From the IMG/VR virus record IMGVR_UViG_3300032236_000747, positions 248,001 through 312,000 of that record: a stretch of DNA of 64,000 nt, one strand, 5' to 3'. Positions 27,715 through 37,191 of this stretch are shown piece by piece; within the stretch, counting starts at the first letter, position 1; the number at the start of each line of letters is the position of its first letter. Below the pieces are notes generated by a model that saw only the letters and a list, made by a program, of their open reading frames with translations, made no database searches and was not told the DNA's origin. A program made the position numbers and the translations under genes.

Positions 27715-28643
27715 ACATTTCTATTAACCCTTGGTACTACTGTAACTTTCGCTGCGATTTTTGTTATCTAACCACGCAACAGTTATCAGATAAGCAGTTA
27801 CTAGATCTCGATGTACTAGAAACACGTCTAAGAGAAATACCCTCTCCTATTGATCAGGTAGATCTATACGGGGGTGAGATAGGTCTTCTTCCTAAAGAGT
27901 ATTTTCAAAGACTCAAAGAAATCTGTAAAAGATACACTGATAAAATAAACATTATTACAAACTTATCTACAGTAAACAGCATTACCACAGATGAAGATTG
28001 CTATATATCAGTTAGCTATGATTTTGACTGTAGGGAAAATCACGAAATAGTTTTTAAAAATATGATGCTATTAGAAAGACCATTTTCTATTTTAATGCTA
28101 GCTGGAGATAAACTAATAGAGAAAGATGTTAGCCATATGATTAATATGTTTAATCTTATAGGAAACTTGGAATCAGTTGAGATTAAACCTTACAGTAGCA
28201 ACCAAGCTAATCAACAAACGGTTACTTTTAAACAGTTTGAAGATTTTATAATAAAATGGATTGATAGCCCTATTAAGAAAAACTTTTCTTTTATAAACGA
28301 GTTCCTAATAGAAGATGTATTAGATAAAACTAGAAACAGTTTTTCCGATGATCACATTTACATAACTCCTAGTGGTAGATATGCTGTTTTAGAATTTGAT
28401 TTAAATGACAATGAGTTCTTTCTTGAATATGATACATTTCAGGACTACCTAAACTGGTGTTCGATTGAAAAGAAACGAACACACAAGAACTCCTATTGTA
28501 ATCAATGCGAGTATAACGGTCATTGTCTATCTGAACACCTGAGAGATGTCAAAGATCTAAATAATAGTTGTAACGGATTTAAACATCTGATAGATTGGTA
28601 TAAGAATGAAAGACTGGAAGATTCGACAAGAAGTTTATCATAA
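27711..28643 (+). CDS. Radical SAM enzyme 5
   Basis: CNFRCDFC, LYGGE, CNQCEYNGHC...SCNG. Confidence 0.9.
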   Translation: MNISINPWYYCNFRCDFCYLTTQQLSDKQLLDLDVLETRLREIPSPIDQVDLYGGEIGLLPKEYFQRLKEICKRYTDKINIITNLSTVNSITTDEDCYISVSYDFDCRENHEIVFKNMMLLERPFSILMLAGDKLIEKDVSHMINMFNLIGNLESVEIKPYSSNQANQQTVTFKQFEDFIIKWIDSPIKKNFSFINEFLIEDVLDKTRNSFSDDHIYITPSGRYAVLEFDLNDNEFFLEYDTFQDYLNWCSIEKKRTHKNSYCNQCEYNGHCLSEHLRDVKDLNNSCNGFKHLIDWYKNERLEDSTRSLS

Positions 28644-29010
28644 ACTAAATCGTTCACACACGGATGATTTAAACTCAGTTGATATAATAAACACTACCGA
28701 AACAGTAAAAGATGCTGTAAGATATTTTCACGAAACAAACATTGGATGGATATATCCTTCAAAGAGTTATATGGTTGCTATATGTTATGCTAGATGGCTA
28801 GGCGAAAACTTCGGCGGTGATCCTTACGAATATCTAAATGATCCTGATTTGCTTTATGGAAACGATCCTTATTTTATTCCCTATAGAGAATCAAAAAAAG
28901 AATACGATCAAATTTTGATTGATATTAATGGTTGGCAGTTTTCCGAAACTTCAGGTATGGTGCCCGATGTTAAACAATATTTCCTAGAGGAGTTCATGAT
29001 AGATGTATGA
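28606..29010 (+). CDS. Hypothetical protein in the rSAM cluster
   Basis: Overlapping operon ORF. Confidence 0.8.
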   Translation: MKDWKIRQEVYHKLNRSHTDDLNSVDIINTTETVKDAVRYFHETNIGWIYPSKSYMVAICYARWLGENFGGDPYEYLNDPDLLYGNDPYFIPYRESKKEYDQILIDINGWQFSETSGMVPDVKQYFLEEFMIDV

Positions 29011-29629
29011 TGATTTACACAGCCCTTCGGGCAAGGGCAATAGCTGGGGCACTGGCAATAAACTAACCAACGGAGTTAACTTACTGTGGCCTAATCAAGT
29101 TCTATCCGGTAATATAGAAGAAAAGGATTTGTTAGATAAGTTTTCTCAAACTATATTCGAATCTGTAGATTTTTCATCTAATAGATTTTCGGAGTTTGAT
29201 CCGTTAATAGAAGGTCCAGAGATTTGTCAAGAGTTTAAAAATAAAGTTGTTGTGCCCTGCTTTGAAAAGTATCTTAACAACATGGGGCTAAATCTACAAT
29301 CCTTTGGAAACTATAGACTTAAATCTTGGATAACCGGATCAAAAGAAGGATACTCAATATCAGCACACAATCATAGCGGTGCTAGTTTAAGTGCTGTGTT
29401 TTATCTTTTAGTAGGGAATAGAGTAACCGGAGGGGACCTTGTAATAATAGACCCTAGGACCAATGCTAACCGAGGATACCTAGATGCATTTAAACCATTT
29501 TTTGAAAATAAGGTCTTTACACCGCAGTCTGGGGAATATATAATCATACCCGGATATCTTTATCATCATACTACTACATTTTATGGATCACTGAGGCTTG
29601 CTATGCCGGTAGATTTGTTTTTGAGTTAA
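29003..29629 (+). CDS. Putative Fe(II)/2OG oxygenase, phage type
   Basis: HNH...LSAVFYL...DPR...PGYLYH...R. Confidence 0.8.
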   Translation: MYDDLHSPSGKGNSWGTGNKLTNGVNLLWPNQVLSGNIEEKDLLDKFSQTIFESVDFSSNRFSEFDPLIEGPEICQEFKNKVVVPCFEKYLNNMGLNLQSFGNYRLKSWITGSKEGYSISAHNHSGASLSAVFYLLVGNRVTGGDLVIIDPRTNANRGYLDAFKPFFENKVFTPQSGEYIIIPGYLYHHTTTFYGSLRLAMPVDLFLS

Positions 29630-29955
29630 ACTCTAAAACTTTCGCCGCAGCCACAACGGTCGCGTTCATTAGGATTTCTAAACTCAAACCCTTCATTTAA
29701 TCCATTTCGAACATAATCTACAGTTGTTCCTAAAATATATGGAAGGTGTCTGGTGTAAATCTTGATTATGAAATCCGGATAGATAATGCGCTCTTCACTA
29801 GGGTCAAAGGAATCTGGATAGTTTAACCATTCTAAAGTATAAGCTAAACCACTACACCCTGTAGTTTTAACTCCTATCCTAAGTCCTACACTAGCTCCTC
29901 GTTTTATTTTCAACTGTTTAATCTTGTCTAGGGCTTGCTCTGTTAGTGTGATCAT
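29626..29955 (-). CDS. iscA: Fe-S cluster assembly A-type carrier IscA
   Basis: GVKTTGCSGLAY...GLNEGFEFRNPN...CGCGESF. Confidence 0.93.
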   Translation of the reverse strand: MITLTEQALDKIKQLKIKRGASVGLRIGVKTTGCSGLAYTLEWLNYPDSFDPSEERIIYPDFIIKIYTRHLPYILGTTVDYVRNGLNEGFEFRNPNERDRCGCGESFRV

Positions 29956-29993
29956 GTTATTATTTACAATAAATACAATCTAGGGAGAAACAT

Positions 29994-30287
29994 ATGAAAA
30001 AGATCCTTCTAACATTTATCATAGCATTAGCGGCAGTACCTGCAATGGCGCAGTGGCATCATCATCATTGCTGTTATCGAGGCGGATGGGTTGGTCCTGC
30101 CCTCATAGGTGGTGTAGTCGGATATGAGTTATCTCGCCCTCGTACAGTAGTTGTTGAACAACCTATTATTGTACAACAACCACAACAACCTATTATTGTA
30201 CCTAGCGCCGCCCCTGCTGGATATCATTGGCAACAAATGATCAATCCACAAACAAATCAATATCAACTAGTACTGGTACCTAACTAA
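29994..30287 (+). CDS. Small secreted Pro/Gln-rich protein with HHHHCC near the mature N-terminus
   Basis: Signal peptide MKKILL...AMA; SD; TAAATA at 29970. Confidence 0.75.
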   Translation: MKKILLTFIIALAAVPAMAQWHHHHCCYRGGWVGPALIGGVVGYELSRPRTVVVEQPIIVQQPQQPIIVPSAAPAGYHWQQMINPQTNQYQLVLVPN

Positions 30288-30288
30288 T

Positions 30289-30420
30289 ATGAAACTACGT
30301 AAACTAAGAAAAAAGATGTACAAGGCTATATTCAATCATGATGTAGCAAAAGAAAGAAAAACTTGGCTCAAGATTCTTAAAAAATCTATGAAGCACAAAC
30401 ACACCGCAGACGTTCAATAA
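30289..30420 (+). CDS. Small basic protein (43 aa, MKLRKLRKKMYKAIF...)
   Basis: Manual translation; fills the gap, stop overlaps the iscU start. Confidence 0.6.
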   Translation: MKLRKLRKKMYKAIFNHDVAKERKTWLKILKKSMKHKHTADVQ

Positions 30421-30803
30421 TGGCATATTCGGATAAAGTAATAGATCATTACGAGAATCCTAGAAATGTAGGAAAGTTTGACATCGACGATAGTATAGGC
30501 ACGGGCATGGTCGGAGCTCCTTCTTGCGGTGATGTTATGAAACTACAAATCAAAGTAAATGAAGAAGGTATCATTGAAGATGCAAGATTTAAAACATATG
30601 GATGCGGTTCAGCAATCGCATCAAGCTCACTTATCACAGAGCTTGTCAAAGGAATGTCTCTTGACCAGGCGACAGCTATTAAAAACAGCGACATCGCCGA
30701 GGAGTTGGCTCTTCCACCTGTTAAGATTCACTGCTCAATCCTCGCAGAAGACGCAATCAAAGCAGCAGTAATAGATTATAAAAAGAAGAATAATCTGTTG
30801 TGA
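30420..30803 (+). CDS. iscU: Fe-S scaffold IscU
   Basis: YSDKVIDHYENPRNVG, APSCGDVM, GCGSA, LPPVKIHCS. Confidence 0.96.
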   Translation: MAYSDKVIDHYENPRNVGKFDIDDSIGTGMVGAPSCGDVMKLQIKVNEEGIIEDARFKTYGCGSAIASSSLITELVKGMSLDQATAIKNSDIAEELALPPVKIHCSILAEDAIKAAVIDYKKKNNLL

Positions 30804-30811
30804 TCTAACTT

Positions 30812-31552
30812 ATGTTTCAATCAATTTTTCCACCTGCAATAGTTAGAGAACATAGACAAGAAAAACCCAGCAAAGTTTCTAGTGCTAGATTTAGTAATGA
30901 TGAAATACTGGGAAGAGCACTGTTTAGGTCAACTAATAAGTTGAAAGGGAAAGACGGAAGAACATACAACTACATAGATAAAAATGGGGAATATGTTAGT
31001 TCTAGGATTAGCCCTTATAGCCCTTATATAGATGATAATATAGAACCCGGTGTATACGATATAGTTAAATCATTATTAAACAAAGGATACTTAACTGTTA
31101 GTAGTTGTCAAGGACATAGTGATAGGAAATTTAGATTTGTTACGGTTGCTTTTAAAACACAACAAAACTCTGATGAATTTAAAGATGTGTTGATTAACTC
31201 TAAAGTTCCACTACATTTTCAAAAAGTTTCCAAAAATACCGGCTTTTCATTTGTATATGATCAAAATAGATATAACGGTAAAGAACTAGCTGGTGAAGAA
31301 TACAGGAATGTCCCTTATTCTGAATCAGATCTTGTTAAATATCTTAACATAATGTTTTTAAGGAACTACTCCGAATATCATCTATTACAAGTAAGGATAG
31401 CATCTGAACCAGATATAGAGTCTGTAGGAATATTAAAATATATTTTATCAAAGCCATATTATTTTGTTCTATATCAGTTTAGAGATTATTTCACTAAAAA
31501 ACTAGTTTCTTACATTAATACGTACTTAAAAGATTATTCGGACAAACTATGA
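30812..31552 (+). CDS. Hypothetical protein with TYW3-like T.SSC.G motif
   Basis: [26 protein letters not shown]. Confidence 0.55.
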   Translation: MFQSIFPPAIVREHRQEKPSKVSSARFSNDEILGRALFRSTNKLKGKDGRTYNYIDKNGEYVSSRISPYSPYIDDNIEPGVYDIVKSLLNKGYLTVSSCQGHSDRKFRFVTVAFKTQQNSDEFKDVLINSKVPLHFQKVSKNTGFSFVYDQNRYNGKELAGEEYRNVPYSESDLVKYLNIMFLRNYSEYHLLQVRIASEPDIESVGILKYILSKPYYFVLYQFRDYFTKKLVSYINTYLKDYSDKL

Positions 31553-31881
31553 ATATTACAATTTCAGATTCTTGTGTATCAAAAATAAAAGACCTTCTTC
31601 TAGAAGAAAATAATCCTTTGTTGAATCTGCGTACATTTGTCCAGGGCGGTGGCTGTTCAGGAATGCAGTACGGATTTACCTTTGATGAAGAAATCAACGA
31701 AGATGATTTTATCTTAGAACAGTCCGGATTTAAAATATTAATAGATAGCATGAGCTATCAGTATCTTCAAGGATCTACCGTTGATTACAAAGAAGATCTA
31801 CAAGGTAGCCGGTTTGTTATTCAAAACCCAAATGCCCAAACAACCTGTGGTTGTGGCAGCTCGTTTAGTGTAGCAGAATAA
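31549..31881 (+). CDS. erpA: Fe-S insertion protein ErpA (A-type carrier)
   Basis: [21 protein letters not shown]...DSMSYQYL...[14 protein letters not shown]. Confidence 0.92.
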   Translation: MNITISDSCVSKIKDLLLEENNPLLNLRTFVQGGGCSGMQYGFTFDEEINEDDFILEQSGFKILIDSMSYQYLQGSTVDYKEDLQGSRFVIQNPNAQTTCGCGSSFSVAE

Positions 31882-31887
31882 CAACGG

Positions 31888-31916
31888 TTGACAGCATTGG
31901 TAAAATCCTGTATAAT
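31888..31916 (+). promoter_or_regulatory. sigma70 promoter TTGACA-17-TATAAT with TGGTAAAA spacer motif
   Basis: Perfect consensus upstream of the ligase. Confidence 0.85.
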
Positions 31917-31943
31917 ATTAGCATTAAACAACTAGGAATACCA

Positions 31944-33269
31944 ATGACAGATACTTGCGACAGCGTTATTCGCAGTTTGGAAGAACATCCAAGCCGCCTT
32001 AATAAAGAAGCTATTCTCGAAGCACAAGCTAACTTCAACAACATCGAGTTGTTTGATGGTATTCGCTTGGCACTTGATAATCTGATTACATTTGGTGTTA
32101 AGAAAGTTCCCAGTCATGGTGGTCCAGACGGACAAGGTTTGCCTTGGGTGGCTTTTGTAGAACTTGCCAGCTTGTTAGCTAAACGAGAACTCACAGGTGA
32201 TGACGCTAAGAAAGCTATTGAACTAGCCTTATCAGCAAGCACAAAAGCACAGTGGAACGATTGGTATCGTCGTATCCTTATCAAAGACCTGCGCTGTGGT
32301 GTAAGCGAAAAGACAGTAAACAAAGTACTCAAAGGCTTCCCTAACATCAAATCAGTGCCTGTGTTTGAATGCATGTTGGCACATGATGGTGCTAATCACG
32401 AAAAGAAGATCACAGGTAAGAAACTTCTAGAGCCTAAGTTAGACGGTGTGCGTGTTATCACAGTTGTTAACTACGAACTGCGCACAGTACAACAGTTTAG
32501 CCGCAATGGCAAAGAACTGTTAAACTTCTCACATATTACAGATGAGCTAGCCAAGCACATTGATGATTTTGGCCGCAGTTACATACTAGATGGAGAAATC
32601 ATTAGTTCTAGTTTCCAAGATCTAATGAAGCAAGTACATCGCAAAGACGATGTAGCGGCCACAGACGCTAAACTTATGTTATTTGACATTCTGCCACTCA
32701 GCGAGTTCCGCAATGGTAAGAGTGTACAAACACAGAAGATCCGTAGTAATCTACTACGTTCGTTTAATACTGTTTGGGATGCTGTACCTAGCATTGAACT
32801 AGTTCCGCAGACTGCTATTGACTTAGATGGTGGTGCTATAGCTGACATTCAGTTTAAACAATACAACAAAGATGCTATTGAAGCAGGCTACGAAGGCATT
32901 ATGATCAAAGATCCTAGTGCTCTCTACGAATGTAAACGTAGCGTAGCATGGCTTAAACAAAAGCCATTTATCGAAGTTAGTCTTGCTGTGATAGCTGTTG
33001 AAGAGGGAACTGGTAAAAACGAAGGGCGCCTAGGTGCACTGATTTGTGAAGGTGAAGATGATGGGAAAGTTATCCGTGTCAATGTTGGATCAGGTTTTAC
33101 TGACGACCAACGTACTGAATACTGGATGGATAAAGAATCAATGGTGGGGCAGATCGTTGAAGTCCGCGCTGATGCGGCGACTCTCAGTCAAGATAGTGAA
33201 CAGACTTGGTCACTACGATTTCCCCGTTTTCTCCGATTCCGTGGCTTCGTTGCAGGTGAAAAGTTATAA
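31944..33269 (+). CDS. lig: ATP-dependent DNA ligase
   Basis: EPKLDGVR (motif I), LDGEI, FDIL, EGIMIK, KRS..WLK.K, OB-fold SLRFPRF. Confidence 0.95.
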   Translation: MTDTCDSVIRSLEEHPSRLNKEAILEAQANFNNIELFDGIRLALDNLITFGVKKVPSHGGPDGQGLPWVAFVELASLLAKRELTGDDAKKAIELALSASTKAQWNDWYRRILIKDLRCGVSEKTVNKVLKGFPNIKSVPVFECMLAHDGANHEKKITGKKLLEPKLDGVRVITVVNYELRTVQQFSRNGKELLNFSHITDELAKHIDDFGRSYILDGEIISSSFQDLMKQVHRKDDVAATDAKLMLFDILPLSEFRNGKSVQTQKIRSNLLRSFNTVWDAVPSIELVPQTAIDLDGGAIADIQFKQYNKDAIEAGYEGIMIKDPSALYECKRSVAWLKQKPFIEVSLAVIAVEEGTGKNEGRLGALICEGEDDGKVIRVNVGSGFTDDQRTEYWMDKESMVGQIVEVRADAATLSQDSEQTWSLRFPRFLRFRGFVAGEKL

Positions 33270-33270
33270 T

Positions 33271-33513
33271 ATGGATAAATCAGCAGTAAAAGATCTATTG
33301 TTCGGCGGCATTAATGAGTTAATGCGTAACCGAAACTACTACTATCACAGTAGTGTAGGTGCCGGGTACTCGCACTGGACAGATGAGGGCAAAAAGGCAC
33401 TCGCAGAGTATATGGATGTAATGGGCTGGAAACTTAGAGAAGCTGAAGAAGCTGATTTAAAGAAACGCTCGAAGGAAATGGTTATGCAAGGATTAAAAGG
33501 AGAATCAGTTTAA
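33271..33513 (+). CDS. Hypothetical protein
   Basis: Start moved to the ATG at 33271, just after the ligase stop. Confidence 0.75.
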   Translation: MDKSAVKDLLFGGINELMRNRNYYYHSSVGAGYSHWTDEGKKALAEYMDVMGWKLREAEEADLKKRSKEMVMQGLKGESV

Positions 33514-33514
33514 A

Positions 33515-33733
33515 GTGGCTAAAGAAGACCAAATACAGGTAGAAGGATACGTAGAAGAAGTTCTACCCAACGCAATGTTTCGCGTTAAAATCAATGAAAC
33601 ACATAGAATCACGGCAGTTATCTCTGGCAAGATGCGTCAGAATAGAATACAGATCCTGCAAGGTGACAGGGTTAAAGTAGAAATGAGCCCTTACGATATG
33701 ACCAAGGGCCGTGTTGTTTATAGAGAGAAATAA
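33515..33733 (+). CDS. infA: Translation initiation factor IF-1
   Basis: [20 protein letters not shown]...SGKMR.N.I.IL.GDRV.VEMSPYD.TKGR. Confidence 0.96.
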   Translation: MAKEDQIQVEGYVEEVLPNAMFRVKINETHRITAVISGKMRQNRIQILQGDRVKVEMSPYDMTKGRVVYREK

Positions 33734-33754
33734 AAAGCCGCTTAAAGCGGCTTT
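33734..33754. terminator. Bidirectional Rho-independent terminator
   Basis: AAAGCCGC-TTAAA-GCGGCTTT between convergent genes. Confidence 0.8.
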
Positions 33755-33759
33755 CTAGC

Positions 33760-34278
33760 TTACTCAATACCTAAGTACAATGCCCAGCTAGGGTGCTGTA
33801 AGTCGAACGGTTGCTTTCGACGTTTTTGTACCAACTGATAGTATGTAGGCTTGTAAGGCTTCATTTTAGGAACAATCTTTTTATTGTTACCTTTTTTGCT
33901 GTTACAAGGACTGCATGAAGTTGCGGTATTTTCCCATGTAGATGTTCCTCCGTGGCTAACTGGTAGCACATGGTCAAGTGTAGCTGTCTTACGATCTACC
34001 TTTGATTCACAGTAGACACAGGTATATCCGTCACGCAAGAAAATGTTCTGCTTTGAGTAGCGGATCGTAGTCTTGGGCTTCATATATTCAGTCAGCATGA
34101 TTACAGCAGGAACCTTGGTTTCCCACTTTTCGCTGCGGACTTTCCAGTCTTCATACCATTCTAATACATAAGCCTTTTCTAAAACCATATATCTGATGGC
34201 ATCTTCCCATGAGATTACACTCAAAGGAAGCAGGCTAACTGGGTTAGCGTCCGAATTTAATACTAATACGCCGTTCAT
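33760..34278 (-). CDS. HNH endonuclease (McrA-like)
   Basis: VLVLN...RDGYTCVYC...TLDHVLP.S.GG...WEN...C..CN..KG. Confidence 0.9.
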   Translation of the reverse strand: MNGVLVLNSDANPVSLLPLSVISWEDAIRYMVLEKAYVLEWYEDWKVRSEKWETKVPAVIMLTEYMKPKTTIRYSKQNIFLRDGYTCVYCESKVDRKTATLDHVLPVSHGGTSTWENTATSCSPCNSKKGNNKKIVPKMKPYKPTYYQLVQKRRKQPFDLQHPSWALYLGIE

Positions 34279-34365
34279 GATAATATTTATGGTTTAGTTG
34301 ATTACGTTACTATTATAACAGGTTTAGGGAAAACGAGCAATAGCTAAAATAGAATAAATACCTTT

Positions 34366-35943
34366 ATGACCACAGCTACAATACTCGTTATCAATACAGG
34401 CACATCACCAAATTCAGGTGATGGAGATACCCTAAGAACCGCCTTTAACAAAATAAACTACAATTTTGCTACCCTTGAGAACCAAATCGGTGGTGTTGTA
34501 GCATTTACAGGTACTGTTACTAGCAGCGCCAATCTTGGTGATTTATACATCATAGGTGCTACTATCTTTAGTACAGGTACTGATGAAGGTATTGTACTAT
34601 CTCCTAATGGAACTGGAACAGTTATTATAGAATCAATTTTACAACCTGTACAAGGTGTAAAGTTCGTCGACGGCAGTTTACAAACCACAGCAGTTAACTC
34701 TTCTACTATTACGGTAAGCGAAGTAACTTCGAGCACAGGTGGAAACATCATAACCAATGAAGTAATCGGGGTTAGTGCTCTACGCTTTGCTACAGAAGCG
34801 GGTTTCACAGTCAGTGATATTGGTGGCGGTCAAGCATATGTTAGCATGAATAGTACGTTTAAGTACTGGGAGATTGACGGACAGGCTACTCTAATAGCCA
34901 ACGGCTTAGATACCATGCACTTCAAAACAGGCGCAGGTATCCAAATTGTGTCTAGTGCTACAGATAGTCCGCAAAGCATTCAATTCAACGTTAAACCTGC
35001 TACAACAACAACGCTGGGCGGTGTAATCATTGGGCGTGGTTTATCTATAAACGCTCAGGGTGTATTAACAGCAACTAATCAAGCAAGTACCGGGGGCATG
35101 TCTTTCGGTGGAACTACAATGTATCCTGCTTCGGGCAGTACAGACGTAGTTATTTCTAATCAAAACGGTACTAATGGCAACTTTGTTAAGTTACCTGCTA
35201 CCAATGATAACTCAACTCTACTAACCATCTTAGGCAGTAACGGTGTGTTAGTTACTACAAACACAACAACAAGCGGTCCTATCGTTATTAGTCCAAACAA
35301 TGGCTACGATGGTCCGGGTGATGTACAAATTTTTGCACGTGGTGCTTATGATAATACAGCAGGAGTATACCTAGCCAGTGCTGATGCGCAAGTATTCTTA
35401 TACCCAAGTGATGTATTGCCTGCTTTAGTATCTATGTCCGCTGGACAAAACGTGGGTGTTTTAGATATTGCTACTAGAGTAGGTCACACTATCAGTATTA
35501 GACCAGGCGGCATTGATAATACAACAGGAACTGTATATGTAGACGGCGATATGGTTGTCAACAGTGTTACTGTACTTAATGGAGCTAAAATAGGAAGTGC
35601 TACATCAAGTACCTTAGCAGGTGGAGTAGCAGTTACTAGCAGCACCTATCATTCATCAGCAGTTGCCTTATCGCTATCGGCTAACATACAAAAGTTAACC
35701 AGTGGTGCTTACTATCTTCCTCCGGGCGCGGAAGGACAACAAGTTTATTTTGCTCCTAAGAACGGAACTAATAGCGGAACTAGTGTAACTGTTTGGTTCC
35801 AGGCCGTGAGATCATTTGTTGGCGGCTCGGCAACAACATTGTCAGACAAAGCATGGTATCCGTTTTATGATTCCAGCGTAGGATTGCCGTATGCGATATA
35901 CACAGACGGTACCTGGAACCTTAGTACAAATCACATAGTTTAA
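34366..35943 (+). CDS. Baseplate/tail-fibre protein with T4 gp9/gp10-like N-terminus
   Basis: INTGTSPNSGDGDTLRTAFNKINYNF; Thr/Gly-rich body. Confidence 0.8.
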   Translation: MTTATILVINTGTSPNSGDGDTLRTAFNKINYNFATLENQIGGVVAFTGTVTSSANLGDLYIIGATIFSTGTDEGIVLSPNGTGTVIIESILQPVQGVKFVDGSLQTTAVNSSTITVSEVTSSTGGNIITNEVIGVSALRFATEAGFTVSDIGGGQAYVSMNSTFKYWEIDGQATLIANGLDTMHFKTGAGIQIVSSATDSPQSIQFNVKPATTTTLGGVIIGRGLSINAQGVLTATNQASTGGMSFGGTTMYPASGSTDVVISNQNGTNGNFVKLPATNDNSTLLTILGSNGVLVTTNTTTSGPIVISPNNGYDGPGDVQIFARGAYDNTAGVYLASADAQVFLYPSDVLPALVSMSAGQNVGVLDIATRVGHTISIRPGGIDNTTGTVYVDGDMVVNSVTVLNGAKIGSATSSTLAGGVAVTSSTYHSSAVALSLSANIQKLTSGAYYLPPGAEGQQVYFAPKNGTNSGTSVTVWFQAVRSFVGGSATTLSDKAWYPFYDSSVGLPYAIYTDGTWNLSTNHIV

Positions 35944-35946
35944 TTT

Positions 35947-37191
35947 ATGACCATAAGAAAAATACCATCAGGGCAGGTACATACAACATTAGAAAACTAC
36001 GTAGGCGAGTTGGGCCACCTATTCTACGATTCTAATAGAGGCAACCTAAGATTAAGCGATGGACATACTCCTGGCGGAATATCTCTGTTAAGCAGTGGCA
36101 CAGGCAATATTATTCAATCTTCTACTCCTCCTGCACATAACACAGGCACCTTATGGTATGATACCGTTGGCGGTCGCAGCTATGTTTATTTTGATAATAC
36201 CTGGGTTGATGCTGCTCCTATATCAGGAAATGGTCCTAGTTGGTTATTAACTTCTAGCACAGCAGTGGTTAGCTTAACTTCTACAGGGCAATTTAACCTA
36301 GGAACAGCGCAAAATCAAGCAGGTTCCTTTACAGATGTAGCTGTTCAGATTGACAGTGATACAAATAGTTATGCTCAGATAGTATTCCAAAATCACAACA
36401 GTGGACCTATTGCTAGTACAGATATTGTACTAATGAACTCCGACGGCGATGATTTTAATAATATTATTGACATAGGCATCAATAGTAATAACTATGACTT
36501 CCCAGAATATTCTATACAAAGTCCCGGATCCGGATACTTATTCACTAATGGTGGAGATTTAACAATCGGAACACAGACTCCGGGCAAGGCACTGATATTC
36601 CACGCAGGTGGAACAACAGGAACAAACAGCGTTGGACGATTTGATCAATACGGTTGGGCGTTTAATAGGCAAGTAGTAGTTAGTGATAATAAAACAGGTC
36701 CGTTGGTATTCACAACTCAAAATATCAGTACTAGTTCTAATGCTAGTGCTTTATATCAAGCAGAAAACGATAATAACAGTTATCTTCAGTTTGGTATATT
36801 GGGTAGTCACAATGGAGGTATTGGTGTCGATTGGAATCCTAGTGATGTATTCTTCACAGCAAACGGCAGCGGACAATCTATGCATTTTGGCGGACAGCTA
36901 GATCTAAGATTTTATGCTAGTCGAGCTGATAGCAACACCAGTGACCCTGCCTTGTGGATTAATAACGTAGATCAAACTGCTGTATTTGATGGAAACATAC
37001 TACCACAAGAGACTGCATCATACAATCTAGGGACATCAACTGCTGTGTGGAATACTTTATATGTTAACCATATAGCATATACTCCTTCCACTCCTAGTAA
37101 CTGGCACGGAACACCGCCAACAACAGTACAACAAGCATTAGATAGATTAGCCGCAGTAGTTAAATCTTTAAACGGCGGCATCGGAGCATAA
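35947..37191 (+). CDS. Tail-fibre-associated structural protein
   Basis: GELGHLFYD...SDGHTPGG N-terminal domain; LWYDTVGGRSYVY..WVDA module. Confidence 0.75.
   Translation: MTIRKIPSGQVHTTLENYVGELGHLFYDSNRGNLRLSDGHTPGGISLLSSGTGNIIQSSTPPAHNTGTLWYDTVGGRSYVYFDNTWVDAAPISGNGPSWLLTSSTAVVSLTSTGQFNLGTAQNQAGSFTDVAVQIDSDTNSYAQIVFQNHNSGPIASTDIVLMNSDGDDFNNIIDIGINSNNYDFPEYSIQSPGSGYLFTNGGDLTIGTQTPGKALIFHAGGTTGTNSVGRFDQYGWAFNRQVVVSDNKTGPLVFTTQNISTSSNASALYQAENDNNSYLQFGILGSHNGGIGVDWNPSDVFFTANGSGQSMHFGGQLDLRFYASRADSNTSDPALWINNVDQTAVFDGNILPQETASYNLGTSTAVWNTLYVNHIAYTPSTPSNWHGTPPTTVQQALDRLAAVVKSLNGGIGA

Noticed and set aside
18036-28643. rSAMs as QueE, NrdG or MoaA housekeeping enzymes
   Set aside because: Cys-rich C-terminal extensions, multiplicity and operon context fit maturases, and no nrdD, queD or moa genes are nearby; a phylogeny is still needed to exclude this formally.
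9679-34278. HNH genes (9679..10266 and 33760..34278) as intron-encoded homing endonucleases
   Set aside because: Both are free-standing, with no interrupted host gene or intron structure evident.
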